From contig NC_043015.1 of NCBI RefSeq assembly GCF_006345805.1, forward strand, positions 42,408,001 through 42,472,000: a stretch of DNA of 64,000 nt, in the 5' to 3' direction. The translations under genes were made by a program, and so were the position numbers. Below the pieces are notes generated by a model. The model saw nothing but the letters and a program-made list of their open reading frames with translations. It had not been told where the DNA came from and searched no databases. The stretch is from Octopus sinensis (lineage: Eukaryota). How positions within the stretch are numbered: position 1 is the first letter of the stretch; each line of letters opens with the position of its first letter. Shown in pieces: positions 27,166 to 38,460 of this stretch.

Positions 27166-28703
27166 CACTCTCTGAGTGGTTGGCGTTAGGAAGGGCATCA
27201 AGCTGTAGAAGCACTGCCAGATCAGACTGGGGCCTGGCGCAGCCTTCTGGCTTCCCAGACCCCAGTTGAACCGTCCAACCCATGCTAGCATGGAAAACGG
27301 ACATTAAACGATGATGATGATGATATATATATATATATATATACACATAACAGGCTTCTTTCAGATTCCATGTACCAAATCCACTCATGAGGCTTTGGTT
27401 GGCCTGAGGCTATATTAGAAGACACTCGCCCAAGGTGTCATACAGTGGGACTGAACCCAGAACCATGTGGTTGTGAAGCAAGCTTCTTACCACACAGCCA
27501 TGTCTGCGCCTAATAGACCACAAGATGGGCCCCTTTCATCCCCACCCACCAAATGTGCTCATCAAGCTTTGGTGATAAACGCAGAATATCTATATATGGA
27601 ATCATTATAATTACAAAAGACACTTCATTTAGTCTAAAATTCCTTACACCTACCGTAATGGGTGGTGGGGAGGATACAGAAATATTTTCCCATCAATAAA
27701 ACAAGATTCTCTCCATTGTGTTATATCAAGGAAAGTAATACTATCTTCATTACTTCACGGTTGGCTGAACATCAGATCTAATTCTTCAGATTGAAACCAT
27801 TATTACATACTGCAAACAATGCAGGAGTGTCTATGTGGTCACTCGACCTGCTAGGAATAGTAACTGAATCTCCCTGAGATTACATCCTACTGTTAAGAAA
27901 AAAAAAAGAAACGAAGGAAGGAAGGACACATTGGATAAATCATCATCATCATCATCATCATCATTTAACATCTGTTGTCCATGCTGGCATGGGTTGGACG
28001 GTTTGACTGGTGGGGCTGGTAAGCTGGGAGGCTGCACCAGACTCCAGTCTGATTTGGCATGGTTTTCTACGGCTGGATGCCCTTCCTGATGCCAACCACT
28101 CCGAGAGCGTAATGGGTGCTTTTACATGCCACTGGAACGGGTGCCATTTGCATGACACCGGGCTGCTTTTATATTGAAGATATGTACAGAAAAAAAAAAA
28201 AAGACTGTATGGCCATGTCTGGAAAGCCTTTGATCATTAGTGTGCTGAATCAAGGCTGATCTGAGCCTAAACAACAACATTACATACTCTTGAACAAGTC
28301 TCACTTAACGTCTCTTATGTTTAAGTCTATATTCTTTTACTTGTTTCAGTCATTTGACTGAGACCATGCTGGAGCACCAACTTTAGTCGAGCAAATCGAC
28401 CCCAGGACCTGGTCTTTGTAAGCCTAGTACTTATTCTATCTGTCTCTTTTTGCCAAACCGCTAAGTTACGGGGACGTAAACACACCAGCATCGGTTGTCA
28501 AGTGATGTTGGGGGGACAAACACAGACACACAAACATATACATACATCATCATCATCATCATCATCGTTTAGCATCCGCTTTCCATGCTAGCATGGGTTG
28601 GACGGTTCAACTAGGGTCTGGGAAGCCAGAAGGCTGCACCAGGCCCAGTCTGATCTGGCAAAGTTTCTACGGCTGGATGCCCTTCCTAACGCCAACCACT
28701 CCA
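27165..28703. mobile_element. Three short family D copies (27165-27323 +, 27940-28165 -, 28546-28703 -) among B/C SINE pieces
   Basis: D 3' boxes and (GAT)n/(CAT)n tails. Confidence 0.8.
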
Positions 28704-29208
28704 TGGTATATATACATATATACGACGGGCTTCTTTCAGTTTCCATCTACCAAATCTACTCACAAAGCTTTGGTCGGCCCAAAGCTATAGTAGAAGACAC
28801 TTGCCCAAGGTGCCATGCAGTGGGACTGAACCCGGAACCATGTGGTTCGTAAGCAAGCTACTTACCACACAGCCACTCCTACGTCTATAATAATAAAATA
28901 ATAAAAAATTTAGTAAAATAACTTTCTTATTATTAACCTAGTATTTGAAATGTAAATTAACATGAAATTTCTATGGAGGGTTTTAATTAGGATTAATTTA
29001 AAACGAGAAGTTTGTTTAATGTAAAAGAACCAGGAAGGGGTTATTTGTAGTGTAGACTCGAAACCGAATTGCTAGGTAGCCAAACAGACATCATGATCAA
29101 ACTACAGTAGCTATAGTGTATTTAATGTGTCCTTCATTTATTTAAAGCTGAAGGGAGATTTTAGTTACTACTAGCACTATGACCCGGCAACGACGGGTCA
29201 TAATGCTA

Positions 29209-29250
<42 letters not shown>

Positions 29251-29252
<2 letters not shown>

Positions 29253-29653
29253 TAGCAGTATCGCCCAGCGTTGCTCGGGTTTGTAAGGGAAATAACTATA
29301 TAAGCATTTTTAGAGATGTAAAGTATAATAGCCATCTCAATATGGCTAACCACAAAGGGGGGGGGTGTTACTGTAGCTTTTTACGTTCTGAGATTTAATA
29401 ATACATTTTTAGAGAGTTACTTCCCTTATATAATAGCAAAAAAAAAATGCATTAAAAATGGGAAAAAATGATGGTAAATTTTTTTTTAAAGCATAGACTC
29501 ATCGTAGACGCGCACTAATACCCAGAAGGGCTCGATATGAATCACGACTATAAGATACCCGGTTTTGGTTACACTGCACCGCAAAATGTGGGAGTAGTTA
29601 GGAATCTAAATCGTAGGAGGCAGACACGTAACTTCACTTTTATATATAAAGAT
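29251..29653 (+). mobile_element. HINE-like element, same family as 8921
   Basis: Same termini and internal gactcatcgtagacgcg...cactgcaccgcaaaatgtgggag. Confidence 0.65.
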
Positions 29654-30325
29654 TTCTAGAAACTAATTACACCCACAAACTCTTCTGCCTTTTTATGCTT
29701 AATCGGGGCCGACCTGGAGCTAAACAACAGCAATGCCACCAAGGACATTGAAATCTTTAAAGTATATCGAACATTCAGTGAGGAAACAGGTTGACATCCT
29801 ATGTGACTGCAGTCCTTTACTAATCAGCTTAAAGAAAATACTTGAATCAATCAAATGTTATCGTTTTTTTCTTCCTTCTTTTTAATCCTTATTCAATCGC
29901 TAATGACTCGATGAAATAGCTGACACGTCCGACTTGCAATGACTTCACTGTGTTCAAGATTAAAAATAGATGTTTTTTTTTTACTTTTTCTCTGTAAGGC
30001 TTCTAAAAATTGAAGGACCTGGAGGAATAGGTGAATTAATAAATGGGGATGGAATGTGGTATGAAGGGGCTACTGAGAAGTTCTTTCGATACTAAGGGTA
30101 TTGTGAAAGGCCTGGTTGGAAGCACAACCTTCCGTGCTCTTTTCAGGTTAAAAGCAAAATAATAATAATATTAATAATAATAATAATAATAATTTGTTTG
30201 TTTATTGGCCACAAAGGCTAACAAAAATCAATTAAAACATAAAGGGACAAAACACGGGACAAAAGTTACAAAGGGTTTTGTCCGTTTGAAAAAGTCCGTG
30301 TAATAATGATAATGATGATAATAAA

Positions 30326-30359
<34 letters not shown>

Positions 30360-30920
30360 GTCATTGTCGTCCTAGTAGTAGTAGTAGTAATAATCATCAG
30401 GTAGTGGCTCTCATGGCTTCTGATCTCAACTGATTGGAAGTGTTATCATGTACATGTTTTGTCTTGGTATAAAAGATGGGCTTCAGCAAATATTCTGCTC
30501 AATACCACACATTTGCTTGACATAACTAACTAGTTGAGCATGTCCCTTAGTGACTGATGATATGTGCATTTCTGATCACGAGCAGAAGTACTAGAGGAGC
30601 ATCATAGCCATGTGTTGAAAGAGATTTTTTAGGGTTTGAATAATTCACCTATGGAAACATAGGTGTTTTGTTCATCATCCTTAAACAAACCTTATCCAGG
30701 GACCTTTTGAGCAGGACAGACTACTTGACCTGAAGAAAATTCTAACTGGACCCCACCTGCAAGGTCATGTGCTGTTTGGTTGTAATGCATGTGCCTGGTG
30801 TACCCTTATCAGACAGGTAGTCATGATGGGTGTATTGGGCTTCGTATATTTTACCCCAGTATCACTCTGATGGCATGCAATGCTTTCATACTCAATAATA
30901 ATAATAATAATAATAATGGT

Positions 30921-31245
30921 AAAGATCCCCTTTGGTCATGAATAACCATGGGATTGCACCTGGAAAGTTCCCCTCTGAGACACAAGTCCGGGCAAGGTTG
31001 TTTATGGAAGACCATCAGTCACTCATGCATACAAGTCTCTCCTCTCCACACCACTGATGTTATCCAAGGGAAAGGCAAAGGGGCTGATACAGCTTGGCAC
31101 CTGTGACTTTGCAACTCATTTTCCAAATCTGAGTGAACTGGAGCAACGTGAAATAAAGTGTCTTGCTCAAGGACACAACACACAGCCTGGTCTGGGATTC
31201 GAACTCACTACCACATGATTGTAAACCTGATGCATTAACCACTTC
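30921..31245 (-). mobile_element. Family G SINE
   Basis: tRNA-like head plus tccttgagcaagacactttatttcacgttgctccag; also 17021-17205(+), 24935-25252(-), 59540-59822(-). Confidence 0.8.
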
Positions 31246-31288
31246 ACCTTTACACAGATACATACATTACACATATATACACAATGGG

Positions 31289-31363
<75 letters not shown>

Positions 31364-31467
31364 AATGTGAGGATAAAATTCTTTTCAAAAAAAAATATTT
31401 CCTCGAAAAAATTTTTATCAATGGCCAGCATATTGAAAAATACCTTTAACGGTTAAATTTATAAACA

Positions 31468-31726
31468 ATTCATAAATGAGGGCAAAGGAAAAAAATTCTA
31501 AAAAATTCCATTATTACCATATCGGACAGATTTCAGAGTTAGCTACTAAGAGACCTCTCTTCGTCAGTGATACATGTGGCAAAAGAAATAAATGAGATAC
31601 TTACTGTCGACCTTTTTCCGAGTAACGTGCGTATTGTGAAAAAATTATATGGTTAATGGACAATATGTCCAATTTTTCGGCATATTTGGCATTAGAATTT
31701 TTTTCCTTTGCCCTCATTTATGAATT
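31468..31726. mobile_element. Element with 35-bp terminal inverted repeats
   Basis: aattcataaatgagggcaaaggaaaaaaattctaa (31468-31502) and its reverse complement (31692-31726). Confidence 0.8.
31519..31573 (-). ncRNA. Hammerhead-like fold, partly degenerate
   Basis: GUAUCA-CUGACGA-AGAG...CUCU-GAAA-UCU-GUC^CGAUAU; core boxes intact, A.C mismatch in stem I, weak stem III. Confidence 0.45.
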
Positions 31727-31748
31727 ATATATATATATATATATATAT

Positions 31749-32073
31749 AATCAAAATAAGCAACAAAAATATCCAGAGGTAATGCATTATGATCTTTTCA
31801 TGCAACTCCATTTAATTGAAGAATGCAATCATTTCATTACATCAATTTAAAATGTAGAGCAATCTACAGTGCAGTCATTTTTCTTGGAGATTTTGGGTAA
31901 AATTAAACTAATGTGTCCTTCTAATTTCATTAAATTCTATGTCTTTGTGCAGCTGAAGATTGCTCTACATTTTAAATTGATGTAATGAAATGATTGCATT
32001 GTTCAATTAAATGGAGTCGCATGAAACGATCGTACTGCATTATCTCTGGATATCCTTGTTGCTTATTTTGATT
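31749..32073. mobile_element. Fold-back element with about 124-bp inverted arms
   Basis: 31749-31872 vs 31949-32073 reverse-complementary with about 10 differences; (TA)n on the left. Confidence 0.85.
31947..32040 (+). ncRNA. Type-I hammerhead ribozyme fold
   Basis: GUGCAG-CUGAAGA-U-UGC...GCA-U-GAAAC-GAUC-GUA^CUGCAU: 6-bp stem I, long imperfect stem II, palindromic stem III (ACGAUCGU); non-canonical U-U at the base of stem II. Confidence 0.65.
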
Positions 32074-32720
32074 TTAATCACCTTATTTTGAAATTGTATG
32101 GATAATACCCATACTAAATTCTGGTGCCTCAACTTAAGTACCATATTCATCTGAATCTAAATTTTATATATATATATATATATATATAAAGTGTCTTGCT
32201 CAAGAACACAACACACTGCCCGACACACACACACACACACATACATGATGGGCACCCACTCAGTTTCTGTCTACCTGATCTACTTGCAAGGCTTTCAGTG
32301 GCTCAGGGCTATAGCAGAGAACAACTTTCTTAAGGTGCTACACAGTGGGGCCGAACCTAAGACTACACAGTCGGGAAACAAGTTCCTTAACCACACAGCC
32401 ACATCTGCTCCAGTTTCACACGTTCATTCATGATGTTCACAAGCAACACTTCGAAACTTGGAATCTAGCTTGATTATTTTCCCCCACCTTCCCATTGAAC
32501 AAAACTAACAAACAGCCAGTCTTTTACACAAAATATCTGCAATATATAGGCGCAGGAGTGGCTGTGTGGTAAGTAGCTTGCTAACCAACCACATGGTTCC
32601 GGGTTCAGTCCCACTGCGTGACACCTTGGGCAAGTGTCTTCTACTATAGCCTCGGGCCAACCAAAGCCTTGTGAGTGGATTTGGTAGACGGAAACTGAAG
32701 AAGCCCGTCGTATATATGTA

Positions 32721-32760
<40 letters not shown>

Positions 32761-32970
32761 GTGAAATAGAAAGATGAATAATCTTGTTGTAGATTAATCA
32801 AAAGTTAACCGATACCTTAGTAGCAAAAATCACAGCAGTAAACAGCACGGTTGGAGTACAACCATCTGGCGTTGCAACCGTGCGTTGGTGTGGATAATTG
32901 AAATTAAAACATTATTGGTGAATTGAGGAAATGGAGCTGACGCAGATTGAACAGAAATCGTTTTATTTCA

Positions 32971-33050
32971 TTCTACACGTGTTTCGAAAGGCACAAATTA
33001 CCAAAATCCGATTGAATAAGGGGACCATATTGTGTCTTTCTCTTCAGGAA
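32971..33050 (-). ncRNA. Type-I hammerhead ribozyme fold, intact core (mirror copy)
   Basis: Reverse complement of the other palindrome arm; same CUGAAGA/GAAAC/GUA core, predicted cut between 32974 and 32973. Confidence 0.75.
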
Positions 33051-33220
33051 GAAAAGGAAATCCGTTAGAGAAACAAAAACAGAACAGAGGTGGAGCAAAA
33101 CCAATCGAACTATGCTCCTAGAGCCCCGTTGGTTCGCCATGGGCTCTTAGGAGCATAGTTCGATTTGGTTTTTGCTCGCCTCTGTTCTGTTTTTGTTTCT
33201 CTAACGGATTTCCTTTTTTC

Positions 33221-33300
33221 TTCCTGAAGAGAAAGACACAATATGGTCCCATTATTCAATCGGATTTTGGTAATTTGTGCCTTTCGAAACACGTGTAGAA
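33221..33300 (+). ncRNA. Type-I hammerhead ribozyme fold, intact core
   Basis: UUC-CUGAAGA-GAAAGACACAA...UUGUGCCUUUC-GAAAC-ACGU-GUA^GAA: core boxes, G-C closed long stem II, palindromic stem III (CACGUG), predicted cut after 33297; stem I only about 3 bp. Confidence 0.75.
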
Positions 33301-34079
33301 TGAAATAAAACGATTTCTGTTCAATCTGCGTTCAGCTCCATTTCCTCAATTCACCAATAATGTTTTATATATATATATATATATGCGTGTGTGTGTTTGT
33401 GTGTCTGTATTTGTCCCCCTAGCATTGCTTGACAACCGACGATGCTGGTGTGTTTATGTCCCCGTTACTTAGCGGTTCGGCAAAAGAGACCGATAGAATA
33501 AGTACTGGGCTTACAAAAGAATAAGTCCCGGGGTTGAGTTGCTCGATTAAAGGCCGTGCTCCAGCATGGCCGCAGTCAAATGACAGAAACAAGTAAAAGA
33601 GTAAAGAGTTCATTCATGATGTTCACAAGCAACACTTGGAAACTTGGAATCTAGCTTGATTATTTTCCCCCACCTTCCCATTCAACAAAACTAACAAACA
33701 GCCAGTCTTTTACACAAAAGATCTGCAATATTACCAAATTCAATTTGCTAATATTTGTCAAAATATCTTGCAGGGTTTCTTATTTCATTTCATTTCATTT
33801 TCATTTTATTTTATTATCACACCTGGATGTATGATATAAGATGAGAATTCTCAATGCTGATGCGCATTATAACAATTAACAGATGAAGAATATTAGAAGA
33901 ATGCATTTATATTGTCATGTACCCTGGGGGGAAAAAGCTTTGTTCAAGTGACAGCAAAAATTTTCTGGAACGGTAAGAATGAAATTATCTCCTAATCCCT
34001 TCATTACTTGCAGAATTCATAAAACTAATCATTAATAATAATTTTATACATTTTTTCCCCCATCTTCAAGTTTTATGCA

Positions 34080-34116
<37 letters not shown>

Positions 34117-35041
34117 TGGGAGGAATGTTACCAAGGTTACAGATAAACAGTGCTGAATAAAGAGCTTGCTTAAGACGACCAACAATATCTGTCTCTATTT
34201 GGATATAATGCATGTAATTGACACAATAGAATGCCGGGTTGAACTGGATCGATGGGATGAATACAACATAAAAACCTCGAGGGCTCTGCATTCAAATCCT
34301 ATCCTAATTAGCTGGATTTTACTGTTTATTGCTCCACGGTTCACAATACGAGGACCAAAAGTACACTGGATTCAAATGGACATCAATACTTCTTTATACA
34401 GCATAATTATGTCTCTATCCATGCTTGTACTACTTTTTACTCTTTTACTTGTTTCAGTCATTTGAATGCGGCCATGCTGGAGCACCGCCTTTAGTCGAGC
34501 AAATCAACCCCGGGACTTATTCTTTGGAAGCCCAGTACTTATTCTATCGGTCTCTTTTGCCGAACCACTAAGTAACGGGGACTTATTCTTTGTAAGCCCA
34601 GTACTTATTCTATTGGTCTCTTTTGCCGAACCGCTAAGTGACGGGGACGTAAAAACACCAACATCGGTTGTCAAGCAATGCTAGGGGGACAAACACAGAC
34701 ACACAAAAACATACACACACATACATATATATATATACATATATACGACAGGCTTCTTTCAGTTTCCGTCTACCAAATCCACTCACAAGGCATTGGTCAG
34801 CCCGGGGCTATAGCAGAAGACACTTGCCCAAGATGCCACACAGTGGGACTGAACCCGGAACCATGTGGTTGGTTAGCAAGCTACTTACCACACAGTCACT
34901 CCTGCGCCTTATAATTGGTAGCAACAGCAAAGATGCTTCACCTCCTGAACACTTCGTACAGAATAGAACCTGGCATATGTGAATACTAGGAAAAGATGTA
35001 TAGCTTACTGCAGTAGACTGGACTAACATTGTATAACTGCT

Positions 35042-35668
35042 ACATCATCATTATCATCATCATTTAACGTCTGTTTTCTGTGCTAGCAAACCGGGGTTTG
35101 GGAAGCCAGGAGGCTGCACCAGGCTCCAATCTGATCTGGCAGTGTTTCTACAGCTGGATGCCCTTCCTAACGCCAACCACTCAGTGAGTGTAGTGGGTGC
35201 TTTTTACGTGCCAGGGGAGGCTGGCAGCGGCCACGATCGGTTGGTGCTTTTTACGTGCCAGGGGAGGCTGGCAGCGCCCACGATCGGTTGGTGTTTTTTA
35301 CGTGCCAGGGGAGGCTGGCAGTGGCCACGATCGGTTGGTGCTTTTTACGTGCCACTGGCACAGGTGCCAGAGGAGGCTGGCAGCGGTCACGATTGGTTGG
35401 TGCTTTTTACGTGCCAGGGGAGGCTGGTAGCGGCCAAGATCGGTTGGTGTTTTTTACGTGCCAGGGGAGGCTGGCAGTGGCCACGATCGGTTGGTGCTTT
35501 TTACGTGCCACTGGCACAGGTGCCAGAGGAGGCTGGCAGCGGTCACGATTGGTTGGTGCTTTTTACGTGCCAGGGGAGGCTGGTAGCGGCCAAGATCGGT
35601 TGGTGCTTTTTACGGGCCACCGGCACAGGTGCCAGGGGAGGCTGGCATCGGCCACGTTCGGATGGTGC
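35042..35668 (-). mobile_element. Family D copy with VNTR of about 41-56-bp units
   Basis: Repeated cacgatcggttggtgctttttacgtgccaggggaggctggc. Confidence 0.85.
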
Positions 35669-35703
35669 TTCAGATGGTATACATTTTATTTAAATTATTT
35701 CAT

Positions 35704-35735
<32 letters not shown>

Positions 35736-36000
35736 CATGGTCATCATCATCACCATTATTAAGGTGGTGAGCTGGCAGAACCATTAGTACACCAGGCAAA
35801 ATGCTTAGCAGCATTCTGTCAACCTCTACATTCTGAGTTCAAAATCTGCCAAGGTTGACTTTGCCTTTTATCCTTTCAAGACTGATAAAATAAGTACCAG
35901 TTGAGTACTGGGGTTGATATAATTGACTTAACCCCCTCCCTGAAACTGCTGGCCTTGTGCCAAAATTTGAAACCATTATTATTATTATTATCTAACATAA

Positions 36001-36478
36001 ATGGAATTTGTATCTTTGTGGTACCAGTGCCGGTGGCACACAAGAAAATCATCCGAACGTGGCCGTAGCCAGTACCGCATAGACTGGCCTCCGTGCTTTG
36101 GGGACGTAACAAACACCATCCGATCGTGGCCGTCCGCCAGCCTCATCTGGCACCTGTGTCGGTGGCACATAAAAACACCATCCGAGCGTGGCCGTCTGCC
36201 AGCCTCGTCTGGCACCTGTGTCGGTGGCACATAAAAACACCATCCGAGCGTGGCCGTTCGCCAGCCTCGTCTGGCACCTGTGTCGGTGGCACATAAAATC
36301 ACCCACTACACTCTCGGAGTGGTTGGCGTTAGGAAGGGCATCCAGCTGTAGAAACACTGCCAGATCTGACTGGCCTGGTGCAGCCTTCGGGCTCCCCAGA
36401 CCCCAGTTGAACCGTCCAACCCATGCTAGCATGGAAAACGGACGCTAAATGATGATGATGATGATGATGATGATGATT
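36001..36478 (+). mobile_element. Family D copy with 62-bp tandem units
   Basis: caccatccgagcgtggcc...ggcacataaaaa repeated about 3 times; (GAT)n tail. Confidence 0.9.
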
Positions 36479-36915
36479 ATTATTATATATTTTTCAGGAA
36501 ATATGCTTTGTGGTATTTGCTTTGGCTCTTTATGCTAGGAGTTCAAATCCTATCAAGATCAACTTTGCCTTTCATGCTTTTGAGGATCAATAAAATAAAG
36601 TACTGGTTATGCACTGGGGTTGATGTAATTGACCTGCTCGTCCCCTCAAAATTGTCGGCCTTGTTATCATATTAGATGTGCAAGTACCAAGAAGGGCTGT
36701 GAAAATTAAAGTCGTTAAGGAAGAGGATCTCAGTGTCCACAACACAGAGGACCAAACACTTGCCATCACCCCTTTGATATGCTACTTCGTCACCTCATCC
36801 CTCTCAGCAATGACATCACCTTCAGTTTCATTATCAACATAACTTCTCAACCAGCAAATAAACCATTCCTTTTTTCAATAAGGAGGCAAAGAAGACAAAG
36901 AGCAGCAGCAGCCGT

Positions 36916-37548
36916 GGAGGCACAATGGCCCAATGGTTAGGGCAATGAACTCGCGGTCGGAGGATTCCCCTCTCTCTCTTTCGGAAAGGCACTGAGCAGC
37001 TATACGCACACATACACACACGGCAGTAACTTCCACCTACCGAATTCAATCACAAAGCTCCGGTCGGCTTGGGTCTATAGTGGAAGACACCTACCCAAAG
37101 TGCCACACAGTGAGACTGAACCCGAAACCATGTAGCTAGGAAGCAAGCTCCCTAACCACACAGCCATGCCCGCGCCTACAAGCCATGCCCGCACCTACAA
37201 GCCATGCCCGGCGGTTTCAATTCCCAGACCAAGTGTTGTGTGTGTTTATTGAGCGAAAACACCTAAAGCTCCACGAGGCTCTGGCAGGGGGTGGTGGCGA
37301 CCCCTGTTGTACTCTTTCGCCCCCAACTTTCTCTCACTCTTTCTTCCTGTTTCTTGTCCCCGACTTCCTACGCAACCGCTGAGCCTGGATGCGCATTCAT
37401 CCATCCGTTGATGCTCTCGGTTGTCAGAGGTTGACCTGCTTTCTCTTCTGCGGGTCTTACGAATAGCAAAGGACCACGTTTCGGACTTCTCCCACTCTGG
37501 GACGAAAACTGCTTCGCTCAACAAACAAACAAACAAACAAACAAACAA
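36916..37548 (+). mobile_element. E/H-head SINE with (AAAC)n tail, interrupted by a minus-strand B variant (about 36965-37210)
   Basis: Head splits at ggaggat|...|gcggtttcaattccc; the same B variant recurs at 55857-56060. Confidence 0.75.
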
Positions 37549-37622
37549 GCAGCAGCAGCCATCATCACAATCTTTATGTCCACTTTCCATGCTGACAAGA
37601 TTTTGAAAACTTTAATATCGAA

Positions 37623-38005
37623 ATCTCTCTCTATATAAACGGCAGTTTGTCTGTGCGTTTTCTGTGTGTCTGTTTTCTCGTACCCTCACTCTGACCACGG
37701 CTTTCAACCGATTCTGATGAAACTTGACACACACATAGCCCAATGTCATAATTGAAAACTAACGCAGCGAAAATTTTGAAAAGTTCCCCCAGTTCTGAAA
37801 AAAATCGATAAATTCGACATGGGGTCGAGAATCAGAACCCAAATCACAGACCGTCTAGGGGACGCAACTCCACCTTTTTTAACTCTCAAAAAATTTACCA
37901 TCATTTTTTTTCCATTTTTTTGCTATTTTTTGGCTATAACTCTCTAAAAATGCTTTATACTTATTTCCCTTACAAACCTGAGCAACGCCGGGCGATACTG
38001 CTAGT
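37623..38005 (-). mobile_element. HINE-like element (same 5' end, different 3' half)
   Basis: gcaacgccgggcgatactgctagt at the right end; atctctctctatataaac at the left. Confidence 0.6.
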
Positions 38006-38325
38006 CTAATATAAAATTACTTCATAAAAAAATGGTTTAAAATATTTCTGTTTCTATCAGTCAAACTATATTTTCCACTACAAAAAGACAAAAATGTGAT
38101 ATTTCTTTTAACAGCTAAATTATGATTAATTTTTTGATGCCTCATGAATATTTTTGGAGCAAGCAAACAAAATAATCTTAATTATGCTTTCACAATCTAT
38201 CTATTATTAAATTAATTTGCTTGTCAATCTTAATCAACCTCTTTTGATAAATAATGGTAATGGAGAAAATGACATGAAGCACATCAACAATATCTGGTTT
38301 TCATTTTCTCCTCACAGTTCTGAGA

Positions 38326-38363
<38 letters not shown>

Positions 38364-38460
38364 AGGGTGGTGCTCCAGCATGGCTGCAGTCAAATGACTG
38401 AAACAAGTAAAAGAATAAATGAAAAAAATATGTATAGGTGCAGGTGTGGTTGGGTTGTAA

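Larger units (their letters stand above)
32905..33367. repeat. 463-bp near-perfect palindrome (arms about 222-227 bp, 14-nt loop)
   Basis: 32905-33126 is the reverse complement of 33141-33367 apart from a few substitutions and indels. Confidence 0.97.
32546..33607 (+). mobile_element. B/C SINE whose linker holds the hammerhead palindrome
   Basis: B head from 32548, C tail ends about 33607; flanked by a 124-bp direct repeat. Confidence 0.9.

Noticed and set aside
36965-37185. B variant with T-to-C changes as a retrocopy of A-to-I edited RNA
   Set aside because: Changes are of mixed type and shared with 55857-56060, so it is simply a subfamily
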